From Gemmatimonadales bacterium UBA2989 (GTDB lineage Bacteria > Gemmatimonadota > Gemmatimonadetes > Longimicrobiales > Gaopeijiaceae): a DNA stretch of 64,000 nt. Below, piece by piece: positions 1-8,967 of the stretch. Position 1 is the stretch's first letter. Every line of letters begins with the position of its first letter. The stretch is from positions 9,601 through 73,600 of the forward strand of contig DEAF01000010.1 of NCBI GenBank assembly GCA_002346625.1, written 5' to 3'. Below the pieces are notes generated by a model, which had not been told where the DNA came from, made no database searches, and saw only the letters and a program-made list of their open reading frames with translations. Made by a program: the position numbers and the translations under genes.

Positions 1-64
1 CAGCGAATTCTATGTATTTCGCATCCCCTATATGGTGCATTATGAAGTCGGGCAATCCTTCCAT
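1..64 (-). CDS. atpB: F-type ATP synthase subunit a, N-terminal fragment (continues past window start)
   Basis: Minus-strand ATG at 64 reads MEGLPDFIMHHIGDAKYIEFA. This matches the D-[YF]-I-x-H-H-[LI] motif near the N-terminus of subunit a (E. coli QDYIGHHLNN). It lies directly downstream of atpZ/atpI-like genes, as in canonical atp operons. Only 21 codons are visible and it is not in the supplied ORF track. Confidence 0.4.
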   Translation of the reverse strand, partial: MEGLPDFIMHHIGDAKYIEFA

Positions 65-147
65 CGAAAGACCGCTTTTGGATCCAGTGCTGTGGCCAGA
101 CTGATCAACCACTTCTACGACATGATCCTGAAGATATTTAAATAAAA

Positions 148-525
148 TCATATCTTCTTTCGCAGATCATTACTATCGAGCTTTAGAAAGGCTGGCTCCA
201 TCAACAACAAAACGAAGAAAAACCCCACCAGTGTAAGCAGAAGTGCCGCTGGCTCTATCAACTCAAATTTCCAAGACACCAAACCCACTGTTATAACAGT
301 TAATACCCGAAGCATAATTCCAATGCCCCAGTAAAACACAAATTGGGTTGGCTCTCCACGAGCACGTAGGAGTAACCAAAATGAGAAAACCTGAACAGGA
401 TAAGCAATGAAGGCGGCCAGAATAACACCTACTCTTTCTGAGTCATCTAAGAGCATCCAAAGTACCGTAACTCCCAGAAACACCACTAGGATCGCTATTA
501 AGGCATAACGCCCGAAAACACTCAA
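148..525 (-). CDS. ATP synthase protein I-like small integral membrane protein
   Basis: 125 aa with about 4 hydrophobic helices. It overlaps the upstream atpZ-like gene by 4 nt and sits between that gene and the putative atpB start, which is the position of atpI in atp operons. Confidence 0.5.
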   Translation of the reverse strand: MSVFGRYALIAILVVFLGVTVLWMLLDDSERVGVILAAFIAYPVQVFSFWLLLRARGEPTQFVFYWGIGIMLRVLTVITVGLVSWKFELIEPAALLLTLVGFFFVLLLMEPAFLKLDSNDLRKKI

Positions 526-773
526 TCCTTATCGTTCTCCTCGCAATATTGATCTTGTCGTGGACGTAGTACTGACTGTACATAAAGATTGTAGAAACCT
601 GCTACTCCCCCTAATAACATGCCAATAAGTGTTAACAGAGATTCCGACCCAAGCCACTCTCCAACTTCAGACCCAAGCCATCCAAAGATAGCAACTGAAA
701 CAGCTAAGCTCATTCCATGTCCCAGAAAACGGGAAGATCCTCGGGCTACTTCTTTACCTGGATCTACACTCAT
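522..773 (-). CDS. AtpZ/AtpI-family small membrane protein (putative F0F1-ATPase accessory subunit)
   Basis: 83 aa with two TM helices. The segment GHGMSLAVSVAIFGWLGSEVGEWLGS...LLGGVAGFYNLY resembles the AtpZ (ATPase_gene1) family pattern. It is the first gene of the apparent atp operon. Confidence 0.55.
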   Translation of the reverse strand: MSVDPGKEVARGSSRFLGHGMSLAVSVAIFGWLGSEVGEWLGSESLLTLIGMLLGGVAGFYNLYVQSVLRPRQDQYCEENDKD

Positions 774-1093
774 ATTCCGTGAACCTGATATTTGCTAAAA
801 ATCTGATCCTTTAGGTTTAAAGCCAGCAAATTTAGAAGCTTGTGAAAAATTTCGCAAGCATAACTTTACCATCCTTTATAAGGTAATTTTAGTAATTCAA
901 AACGCTTGACTAATAGTCATGCTTAAGACAGTTTCGCGATATGATTATTATGATAGAATCTATACAGTATTGTAGTCTAAAACCCTTCAATAGACTATCC
1001 TAATATTGGACCTCTAACAGCAGATGGCGGGTAAGTTGGATAACCGCACTATTAGTTAAATTCATTGTACGCAAAAATGCATCAAGTTCAGAA

Positions 1094-2122
1094 ATGGATT
1101 TCATGACACCAACAACGCAAACAGTTAGCCAAGAAAAAGAACTTAAGTTGCTTGAGCGTGGGGCTATAGTAGCTGAAAATCTCAGGCACGAAATAGCAAA
1201 AAAAATCGTTGGCCAGGAGGAAGTAGTAGAAGGAATGCTGACCGCCCTCCTCGCTAATGGCCATGTTTTGTTGGTTGGTGTTCCGGGATTGGCTAAAACA
1301 CTCTTGATATCAACTCTTTCTGAAGCTTTGGATCTGAATTTCAGCCGTATTCAATTCACTCCTGATCTTATGCCGACTGATATAACTGGAACTGAAGTTA
1401 TTGAGGAAGATCGCTCTACTGGACGGAGGGTATTCCGATTTGTTAGAGGGCCAATTTTTGCTAACATAGTTCTAGCAGATGAGATCAATAGAACTCCACC
1501 GAAAACCCAGGCTGCCCTACTTCAAGCAATGCAGGAACGGGAGGTAACGGCCGTAGGAAATACTTATAACCTGGACGCACCTTTCTTTGTGTTAGCTACA
1601 CAGAATCCGATTGAACAGGAAGGCACTTATCCTCTGCCTGAAGCTCAACTTGATCGATTTATGCTCGAATTGCCTATTGGTTATCCATCTAAGAATGAAG
1701 AAGAAGAAATCGCCATGAAAACAACGGGAGAAGATGATCAGTATATCCAACCCATTGTATCCTCTAATGAACTTATAGAACTACAACACCTGGTTAGGAA
1801 AGTGCCGGCACCCCCCTCTCTAGTATCCTTTGCAGTACACCTCGCCCGTTCTACTAGGCCGGGATTAGAGGAGACCGCATCAGTAGCTCAACGTTATGTG
1901 AGCTGGGGGAGCGGACCACGAGCTTCTCAGTATCTCATTCTTGGAGCGAAAGCTCGTGCAGCTTCTCGTGGTGATCCTATCCCTTCTTATGACGATGTTC
2001 GTGCAGTAGCACCTACTGTTCTAGCACATCGTATAGTACTCAACTTCGAAGCCGAAGCAGATGGACGTAAAACCCGAGATGTGATAGCAGAGCTGTTAGA
2101 TGAAAAAGGAGAATGGAGATAA
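1094..2122 (+). CDS. MoxR-family AAA+ ATPase
   Basis: Walker A GVPGLAKT and Walker B VLADEINR are present. The segment QAALLQAMQEREVT and the 342-aa size are typical of MoxR/RavA-like ATPases. Confidence 0.9.
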   Translation: MDFMTPTTQTVSQEKELKLLERGAIVAENLRHEIAKKIVGQEEVVEGMLTALLANGHVLLVGVPGLAKTLLISTLSEALDLNFSRIQFTPDLMPTDITGTEVIEEDRSTGRRVFRFVRGPIFANIVLADEINRTPPKTQAALLQAMQEREVTAVGNTYNLDAPFFVLATQNPIEQEGTYPLPEAQLDRFMLELPIGYPSKNEEEEIAMKTTGEDDQYIQPIVSSNELIELQHLVRKVPAPPSLVSFAVHLARSTRPGLEETASVAQRYVSWGSGPRASQYLILGAKARAASRGDPIPSYDDVRAVAPTVLAHRIVLNFEAEADGRKTRDVIAELLDEKGEWR

Positions 2123-2171
2123 TCATCAATAATGATATCCTCATTCAATCCCTGAACAACTTAGGTAACAC

Positions 2172-3428
2172 ATGATTTGGATACTGTTAATTGTAGCGGT
2201 ATTCTCGCTACTTTCCTCAGCGTTACTTTCCGCAGCAGAAACCGCTGTATTTACTATAGGATATTCACGACTAAGGACCCTGGAAGAAGAAGGATTCCAG
2301 GGCTCTAAAGCACTTGCAGACTTACGAGTTATGCCAGAGTCAGCAAGATTTTCCTTACTAATACTCAATACTATTTTAAATACTGTATCAGTAGGTTTAT
2401 CTGTTACTATAGGAATACTGATAACAGATACACCTGGTGGGCTGCTCGGAATCTTGATAGGTGTTATAGCAGTTGTAATTATAGGAGAAATAATACCACG
2501 ATTTTTAGCCACAAAGCGTCCCCTGCGCTTGGCATTGAGCACTGCCCATCTCTTGATTTTCATTGAGAGAACTCTCAATAAGATTATTAATCCAATAGAT
2601 CAATTGACCGATTTGATATTCAGCAGTAAAAATGATAAAGAAACTACAAATGATGAACGTGACGTCAGAGAAATAACTGAATTAGGGCAAAAAGAAGGGT
2701 TAGTGGGAATAGAAGAGCACATCCTTGTAGAAAGAGCTTTTCATTTAGACGAACTTACAGCATGGGATGTCATGACTCCCAGAGTTGATATCTTCGCCTG
2801 GAAAGATTCCCTGACCCTAAAAGAAATCATAGACGAATTAGAAACAGTTCCATATTCTCGAGTTCCAGTATATAGAGAAACTACTGATGATATATCAGGA
2901 ATCCTATACGTTCGTGAGGCCTATGAGAATTACGTAGCAGGCCGCACCTCTATGACTCTCTCCCAGCTATCCCAGGATCCAATTTTTGTCCCGGGATCAC
3001 TACCTCTGACACAACTACTCCGACAATTTCAAAATAGACGAATACATATGGGTATCGTTGCCGATGAGTTTGGAGGAACGGATGGACTAGCAACCCTTGA
3101 AGACATACTTGAGGAATTAGTAGGTGATATAGTCGACGAAACTGACCCGGACAACCAAGATATCCTTCACATATCACGTACCGAAATCGAAGCGGCGGGT
3201 AGTATTGATGTCCGAGATATTAAATACATATTCAACATAGCATTTCCACAACTCGACAACCGATCCCTCAATGGATTTATTCTCGAAGAGTTAGGATATG
3301 TGCCCAAAGTACAGGAAACATTCAAGTCTGGTGGATTGCAGGTCAAAATCCTTGAAGCCTCTGATACACAGGTAACCCGTGCTCTTCTTACAAAACTACC
3401 CTCAAAAAACTCAGAAGAGATAACCTGA
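2172..3428 (+). CDS. Hemolysin-family / CNNM-type (DUF21-CBS-CorC_HlyC) divalent cation efflux protein
   Basis: N-terminal 4-TM DUF21 region (AAETAVFT), a central CBS pair, and a C-terminal CorC/HlyC transporter-associated domain. 418 aa. Confidence 0.85.
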   Translation: MIWILLIVAVFSLLSSALLSAAETAVFTIGYSRLRTLEEEGFQGSKALADLRVMPESARFSLLILNTILNTVSVGLSVTIGILITDTPGGLLGILIGVIAVVIIGEIIPRFLATKRPLRLALSTAHLLIFIERTLNKIINPIDQLTDLIFSSKNDKETTNDERDVREITELGQKEGLVGIEEHILVERAFHLDELTAWDVMTPRVDIFAWKDSLTLKEIIDELETVPYSRVPVYRETTDDISGILYVREAYENYVAGRTSMTLSQLSQDPIFVPGSLPLTQLLRQFQNRRIHMGIVADEFGGTDGLATLEDILEELVGDIVDETDPDNQDILHISRTEIEAAGSIDVRDIKYIFNIAFPQLDNRSLNGFILEELGYVPKVQETFKSGGLQVKILEASDTQVTRALLTKLPSKNSEEIT

Positions 3429-3435
3429 CTTCCCT

Positions 3436-4065
3436 ATGGCCATCATCTTACCATTCAAGGGAAAGCAACCTAACATCGCCAGTACTGCCTTTATCGCTCC
3501 TAACGCTGTTCTCGTTGGAGATGTCACTATCGGTGAAGAGGCCAGCATCTGGTTCGGTGCAGTACTTCGTGGAGACGATCCTGATAACGGTATTATTATC
3601 GGGGCAGGTTCTAGCATACAAGACAACTGCGTGATACACGTAGGTGGATGGGGTGAAACTCGAATAGGTGAACAAGTTACGATAGGACATGGAGCCAAGT
3701 TAGAAAGTTGCGAGATAGGAGATAGGACTGTAGTAGGAATGAACTCAGTCATTCTTCAAAATGCCCGTATTGGTATAGAATGCGTGATAGGAGCAAACTC
3801 AGTAGTCCTAGAAAAATCTGATATACCTAATCGCAGCTTGGTAGTGGGTGCACCAGGAGTAATAAAACGTACTCTTGATGAAAATTCAGATTGGATAGCA
3901 CGAGGAGGCACTCACTATATTAATCTATCAAGAGAATACCTAGAACAAGGTCTGGGGCAACCTGAAACCACTCTTTGTGAGCTTTGCGGAGGCCCTTTAC
4001 TAGAACGTCACTGCAAGATCATCTGCTTGTCCTGCGGATATCAAAGGGACTGTTCAGATCCATAG
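3436..4065 (+). CDS. Gamma-carbonic-anhydrase-like hexapeptide-repeat (LbH) protein with C-terminal Cys-rich zinc-ribbon tail
   Basis: The left-handed beta-helix hexapeptide pattern resembles YrdA/PaaY-type proteins (IWFGAVLRGD, IGHGAKL). An extra C-terminal tail, CELCGG-x8-C-x3-C-x2-C-x5-C (C181..C206), is present. Confidence 0.8.
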   Translation: MAIILPFKGKQPNIASTAFIAPNAVLVGDVTIGEEASIWFGAVLRGDDPDNGIIIGAGSSIQDNCVIHVGGWGETRIGEQVTIGHGAKLESCEIGDRTVVGMNSVILQNARIGIECVIGANSVVLEKSDIPNRSLVVGAPGVIKRTLDENSDWIARGGTHYINLSREYLEQGLGQPETTLCELCGGPLLERHCKIICLSCGYQRDCSDP

Positions 4066-4076
4066 ACTAGCTGTTT

Positions 4077-5057
4077 TCAGTATTGGAATTCAGTTTTACT
4101 ATCCTCATCTTGTGTTACAAGCCATAGGGGTTTAGCACTTACAGCTTGTACACTGGGAGTCAACCAAGGACTCAGCCATAAAACAGTTGCTGTTAATAGA
4201 ATAATAAAAGTTGCTATTAAGCTTCCCTCTGGGCCAAAAACGCCACCTCCGAGCCAGTCTGGGCCCAAGCTAACCGCTTCATAGAATGGTGCATCCATCA
4301 ATTCAAGGCCACTTACTGGAACATCTGCAATATATCCGTGAGCCCAGTTCCATCCCAAATGCGCACCCGTGGCCCACCAAAGACTACCAGTACGTATATA
4401 TACAACCCCCAGCAGTATGCCAGCTGATATCAAATTCAGCATAGCAATACCAGTCAATCCAGGATTGCTAATATGAAGAAAACCAAAAACTACCGAAGTA
4501 ACAAATATCGCCCATGCTGGGCCAAAGAACTCTGCAAGTGCTTGGAGAGGATAGCCCCTCAAGAAAGCTTCTTCCGCCGCAGCTGGAAGTGCTAGAAAAA
4601 TGAGAGCGGCCCCTCCTTGTATGAACCAATCTGACCAAACTCCAGGTTCTTGATGCCAACTCAAACCACCACTTAATACCATTAGTATTACAACCACCAG
4701 CCCTAATAAGATACCAAACCCGAGTCCAGTAAAAGTTTCAATTAAAGAAACTCGATGCACATAAAAACCAAGAGCAGAAAAACCCCTCCCATCCTTAGAT
4801 AGCAATATGTAACCACTGACTAGAGAACCGATCAACATAGCCCCAGAACTAATAAGGGCAGACGTACGGTAATAATTTTCATTAAACTGAAGAAAATCCT
4901 CTACCGCAAACCCTTTGGCAGCTAAAAAAACCTCCGTAGCAAGAAATCCAAGCATCTGGATTAATGATGTCAAAAGAATCGTAATCACAAAAAACAATAA
5001 TATGCGCCATACGAGGCCAAGCCTGCCATCTTTACTCTTTAGTATATTTTCAATCAT
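4077..5057 (-). CDS. CPBP-family (CAAX) intramembrane glutamic protease
   Basis: Polytopic membrane protein carrying the EEAFLRGY (EExxxR), FGFLH (FxxxH) and HLGWN motifs. Confidence 0.8.
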   Translation of the reverse strand: MIENILKSKDGRLGLVWRILLFFVITILLTSLIQMLGFLATEVFLAAKGFAVEDFLQFNENYYRTSALISSGAMLIGSLVSGYILLSKDGRGFSALGFYVHRVSLIETFTGLGFGILLGLVVVILMVLSGGLSWHQEPGVWSDWFIQGGAALIFLALPAAAEEAFLRGYPLQALAEFFGPAWAIFVTSVVFGFLHISNPGLTGIAMLNLISAGILLGVVYIRTGSLWWATGAHLGWNWAHGYIADVPVSGLELMDAPFYEAVSLGPDWLGGGVFGPEGSLIATFIILLTATVLWLSPWLTPSVQAVSAKPLWLVTQDEDSKTEFQY

Positions 5058-5830
5058 CTCACTTGTGTCGTAAGAGCGTAGAGAAGGATTGAGCCTGCCA
5101 CGCCGACATTAAAAGATTCCAAGCCTAAGTCCATGGGGATAGCGATCCTGTGAGTAGCAGATGATAAAATTTCCGATCTTAGACCAGCCCCCTCATTCCC
5201 TACTACCAAAGCCCAAGGCAGGGCAGGTATAACTTCGCTAACATCCTGCCCATCAGAATCTGCAACTATAATTTTGACTTTATTGTTAGATAACCATGTA
5301 TATACTTCATCCCATGGGGCCGGAACAATATCAACGTGAAAAATAGCACCGGATGAGGCTCTTACAGTTTTAGAATTCCAAGGATCCACAGATCCATCCA
5401 AAGCAATCAACAGTGAAACCCCAAATCCTCTTGCAGTTCGAATAAGGGTTCCGAAATTCCCAGGATCTTGTATCCCATCAAGAATCATAACTCGTTGATT
5501 TGACAATCCTGAAAATTCTAAGAGTTTCTGCTTAGGCTCTTCACATACGAGAAGAACTCCTTGCGGATGTTCAGTGGACGCTAATTTATCAAAGTTATAG
5601 TCATCAACTTCTTCACTGATTATTCCCCGATTAGAGATTTCAATTGCTAGATCCCTGCCTGCTTTAGTGTTCAAAAGCCTAGGAGAGCAAACCACGAATC
5701 GGAACTTAATATCTGATATGAGTGCTTCACTTACACAGCGCACCCCTTCCACCAAAACAAGACTTTCCCGTAGTCGGCCTTTACGAGCTTTTAGACGCTC
5801 TATGAGCATTTTTTTATTCTTAGTCAGCAT
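5054..5830 (-). CDS. TrmH/SpoU-family RNA 2'-O-methyltransferase
   Basis: C-terminal SpoU methylase motifs GNEGAGL and IPM...ESFNVGVAGSILLY. It overlaps the downstream CPBP gene by 4 nt. Confidence 0.85.
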   Translation of the reverse strand: MLTKNKKMLIERLKARKGRLRESLVLVEGVRCVSEALISDIKFRFVVCSPRLLNTKAGRDLAIEISNRGIISEEVDDYNFDKLASTEHPQGVLLVCEEPKQKLLEFSGLSNQRVMILDGIQDPGNFGTLIRTARGFGVSLLIALDGSVDPWNSKTVRASSGAIFHVDIVPAPWDEVYTWLSNNKVKIIVADSDGQDVSEVIPALPWALVVGNEGAGLRSEILSSATHRIAIPMDLGLESFNVGVAGSILLYALTTQVR

Positions 5831-5959
5831 AAAATTCTCGACAAAGACCTCTTATCAAAATTAAATGATAAAGATCATCGTGAATACGATAGTATTATCA
5901 TAGATTGATAAGGGATTATTATAAAATACCAACAAAAGCAAATAACATCTTTAATATCA

Positions 5960-6766
5960 ATGGATAAACCAACTCCAGTAGCCTTAACAATTGCTGGAAG
6001 CGACAGCGGTGGTGGTGCAGGAATACAAGCAGACCTTAAAACTTTTCATGCATTTCAAGTTTTTGGATGCAGTGCAGTTACAGCAGTAACTGCTCAGAAC
6101 ACCATCGGCATCGACGCTATACATACCATTCCTGACACAGTGGTTCGTGCTCAGATTGATGCCGTAGCCACCGATTTGTTACCACTAGCCGTAAAGACTG
6201 GCATGCTCGCTAATGCTAATCTGGTTTATACTGTAGCTGAAAGAATACGACACCATAGCCTCAAAAACTACATTCTTGATCCAGTTATGGTGTCCAGCAC
6301 AGGTGATCAAATTCTCGATGAAGAAGCTGTGGAGGTCATGCGTAAAGAATTGATACCACTGGCCACCATGGTCACACCCAACATCCACGAAGCTAGTATA
6401 TTAACCCAGAAACCTCTTGAACATATTGATGATTTTGAAGTTGCAGGTCGAGAGTTACTGAAAATGGGTGCTCAAGCAGCCCTCATAAAAGGAGGACACC
6501 TGAAAGGCAGTGAGGCTGTAGATTTACTTTTGACAGATCAAGGTTGCCGAGTTTGGTCTCGTCCACGCCTTAACATTAGGGCGGGCCATGGTACCGGTTG
6601 TACTCTATCAGCCGCTATAGCTGCAGGATTGGCACTGGGACAAACATTGTTAAATGCGACTGATGCTGGAGTTAACTTCGTCGCTCAGGCCTTGGCATCA
6701 GCCCTCGACCTTGGCACTGGATATAGTCCCATAAATCATTTCAACTCCGCATTTACAAAAAAATAA
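5960..6766 (+). CDS. thiD: Hydroxymethylpyrimidine / phosphomethylpyrimidine kinase
   Basis: N-terminus ALTIAGSDSGGGAGIQADLKT and the GTGCTLSAAIAAGLA motif are characteristic of ThiD. 268 aa. Confidence 0.9.
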   Translation: MDKPTPVALTIAGSDSGGGAGIQADLKTFHAFQVFGCSAVTAVTAQNTIGIDAIHTIPDTVVRAQIDAVATDLLPLAVKTGMLANANLVYTVAERIRHHSLKNYILDPVMVSSTGDQILDEEAVEVMRKELIPLATMVTPNIHEASILTQKPLEHIDDFEVAGRELLKMGAQAALIKGGHLKGSEAVDLLLTDQGCRVWSRPRLNIRAGHGTGCTLSAAIAAGLALGQTLLNATDAGVNFVAQALASALDLGTGYSPINHFNSAFTKK

Positions 6767-6816
6767 CCCAGTTCAATCCATTATCTGTAATAATACATTT
6801 CTGGCAATATCCCTAA

Positions 6817-6848
6817 TGATATATATGAATGGGAATTCATATATATCA
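6817..6848. repeat. Perfect 14-bp inverted repeat with 4-nt spacer (TGATATATATGAAT-GGGA-ATTCATATATATCA)
   Basis: Read directly from the sequence. It lies 51 nt downstream of the thiD stop and about 110 bp upstream of the candidate sigma-54 promoter of dnaK. Confidence 0.85.
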
Positions 6849-6877
6849 GTCTAATATGATATCCAGATCCAAGTGGT

Positions 6878-6918
6878 GCCATTTTGACAGTGTGTATAAT
6901 AAAAAACGCCATTTTGAC
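6878..6918 (+). repeat. Two copies of the 11-mer GCCATTTTGAC in direct orientation, 30 bp start-to-start
   Basis: Copies at 6878-6888 and 6908-6918, read directly. They lie between the palindrome and the -24/-12 motif. Confidence 0.85.
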
Positions 6919-6939
6919 TGCTTTTATAAGCTTAATAAC

Positions 6940-6955
6940 GGGCATGAACATTGCA
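6940..6955 (+). promoter_or_regulatory. Candidate sigma-54 (-24/-12) promoter upstream of dnaK
   Basis: GGGCATGAACATTGCA compared with consensus TGGCACG-N4-TTGCW. The GG and GC dinucleotides are at the canonical spacing and 10 of 12 specified positions match. It lies 85-100 nt upstream of the dnaK ATG. Confidence 0.4.
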
Positions 6956-7039
6956 TTTGCCATGCCAGAACAATATTCAAAGCAAAATAAATAAACCTCA
7001 TTACATATGAGGCAAAGCTTATAAATAAAAGGAGTAGAC

Positions 7040-8953
7040 ATGGGAAAGGTAATCGGTATAGACCTAGGAACTACCAACTCGGTAGTAGCAGTAATGGAAG
7101 GAGGAGAGCCTGTAGTAATCCCCAATTCAGAGGGTGGACGCACCACACCTTCCGTGGTGGCCTTCACTAAAGAAGGTGAACGTTTAGTAGGTCAAGTCGC
7201 ACGTCGACAAGCCATAACCAATCCGAATAATACCATCTTCTCTATCAAGAGATTTATGGGGCGTAAGGAATCAGAAGTAACTGAAGAACAAAAATTGGTT
7301 CCCTATGACGTGGAAACTGATTCTAAAGGTCTAGTTCAGGTGAAAGCTATAAACGCAGACAAGACTTTCACTCCTCCAGAGCTTTCAGCAATTATCTTGC
7401 AGAAGATGAGGCAGACCGCAGAGGACTATCTGGGTACAAGTGTAGATCAAGCCGTAATCACCGTGCCAGCCTACTTCAATGATGCTCAACGTCAAGCGAC
7501 CAAAGATGCTGGAAAGGTCGCAGGTCTAGAGGTGCTTCGCATTATCAATGAACCTACCGCAGCAGCTCTTGCTTATGGATTAGACAAAAAGACTGATGAA
7601 AAGATAGCTGTTTTCGATCTTGGAGGAGGAACCTACGATATTTCGATACTTGAATTGGGAGAAGGCGTCTTTGAGGTAAAATCCACCAATGGTGACACAC
7701 ATCTGGGTGGTGACGACTTTGATCAAAAGATCATCAACTGGTTAGTCACAGAATTCAAGAAAGATCAAGGGATAGATCTATCCAAAGACGCCATGGCACT
7801 CCAACGTCTCAAGGAAGCTGCCGAAAAAGCTAAAATGGAACTGTCTTCAACTCAACAAACTGATATTAATCTTCCATTTATAACAGCCACACAGGAAGGC
7901 CCCAAACACCTCACATATACACTTACTCGTGCAAAACTCGAGCAACTTGTAGACGACCTTGTACAAAGAACTATTCCTCCAATGAAAAAAGCTCTTGAGG
8001 ACGCAGGGATTAGTCCGTCAGACATTGATGAAATAATTCTTGTAGGCGGTTCTACCAGAATACCTAAGATCCAGGAAATCGTCACTGAGTTTTTTGGGAA
8101 AGACCCTCATAAGGGTGTAAATCCCGATGAGGTCGTTGGTGTGGGAGCTTCCATACAGGCAGGCGTCCTAGCTGGAGATGTTACAGACGTACTATTGCTC
8201 GATGTAACACCCCTGTCACTAGGAATTGAAACACTAGGTGGTGTTATGACAACACTGATAGGCCGAAACACAACAATACCCACAGAGAAGGCTGAGACAT
8301 TCTCAACAGCAGAGGATAATCAAACCACTGTAGAGATACATGTGCTCCAGGGTGAACGGAAAATGGCTATCGATAATAAGACCATCGGCAAGTTCCAGCT
8401 TACTGGAATTCCACCAGCCCCCCGAGGTATGCCCCAAGTAGAAGTAACCTTTGATATCGATGCTAACGGTATTCTTCACGTATCAGCTCAAGATAAAGCA
8501 ACTGGCAAGGAGCAAAAAATACGTATTGAGGCATCAAGTGGATTGAGCGATTCTGAGATCGACAAAATGGTAAAAGATGCTGAAGTACATGCCCAAGAAG
8601 ACGAAGATCGTAGAGAACAAGTAGATTCTCGTAATCAGTTGGACTCTCTGGTATATCAGGTAGAAAAAGATTCAGATGAATGGGGTGACAAGGTGTCTGA
8701 TACTACAAAAGAAAGTCTAAATAAGTCTTTAGAAAACGCCAAGGAATCCCTTAAGGGAGAAGACGTAGGAAGATTAAACTCTGCCCGGGAAGAACTGATG
8801 CATGCATTTAGTGCGGCTGGGCAGGAGATGTATCAATCCCAACAAGCCACCGAATCCGAATCCACTGATGAAAGTGATTCTAATACAGAGGACAACACGA
8901 AAGAGGATGGGGAGGTTATTGAAGCTGATTATGAAATCGTCGACGAGGATTGA
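7040..8953 (+). CDS. dnaK: Molecular chaperone DnaK (Hsp70)
   Basis: [17 protein letters not shown] and VGGSTRIP motifs. 637 aa with an acidic C-terminus. SD AAGGAG lies 6 nt upstream. Confidence 0.98.
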   Translation: MGKVIGIDLGTTNSVVAVMEGGEPVVIPNSEGGRTTPSVVAFTKEGERLVGQVARRQAITNPNNTIFSIKRFMGRKESEVTEEQKLVPYDVETDSKGLVQVKAINADKTFTPPELSAIILQKMRQTAEDYLGTSVDQAVITVPAYFNDAQRQATKDAGKVAGLEVLRIINEPTAAALAYGLDKKTDEKIAVFDLGGGTYDISILELGEGVFEVKSTNGDTHLGGDDFDQKIINWLVTEFKKDQGIDLSKDAMALQRLKEAAEKAKMELSSTQQTDINLPFITATQEGPKHLTYTLTRAKLEQLVDDLVQRTIPPMKKALEDAGISPSDIDEIILVGGSTRIPKIQEIVTEFFGKDPHKGVNPDEVVGVGASIQAGVLAGDVTDVLLLDVTPLSLGIETLGGVMTTLIGRNTTIPTEKAETFSTAEDNQTTVEIHVLQGERKMAIDNKTIGKFQLTGIPPAPRGMPQVEVTFDIDANGILHVSAQDKATGKEQKIRIEASSGLSDSEIDKMVKDAEVHAQEDEDRREQVDSRNQLDSLVYQVEKDSDEWGDKVSDTTKESLNKSLENAKESLKGEDVGRLNSAREELMHAFSAAGQEMYQSQQATESESTDESDSNTEDNTKEDGEVIEADYEIVDED

Positions 8954-8967
8954 GGATAGGATGATGA

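Noticed and set aside
2-145. Open plus-strand frame ending in TAA (SEFYVFRIPYMVHYEV...ILKIFK) that looks like the 3' end of a gene
   Set aside because: It is in antisense register with a minus-strand ORF whose N-terminus carries the ATP synthase subunit a motif and fits the operon context. The plus-strand peptide has no recognisable motif. I treat it as a shadow ORF, though it stays unresolved without flanking sequence.
5831-5959. Possible TPP riboswitch upstream of thiD
   Set aside because: There is no CUGAGA / ACCUGAUCUGGAUAAUGCCAGCG-like core. The spacer is very AT-rich and too short (129 nt), and it is shared with the divergent trmH promoter.
6767-7039. CIRCE (HrcA operator) or sigma-32 promoter upstream of dnaK
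   Set aside because: No TTAGCACTC-N9-GAGTGCTAA-like element is present. There is also no CTTGAAA-N13-15-CCCCATNT pair. TTGACA and TATAAT hexamers occur but only 5 nt apart, so they cannot form a sigma-70 promoter.
6781-7167. 128-aa minus-strand ORF spanning the thiD-dnaK spacer and the dnaK start
   Set aside because: It overlaps the well-supported dnaK start and an AT-rich regulatory spacer. It has an odd composition and no motif, so it is a spurious ORF.
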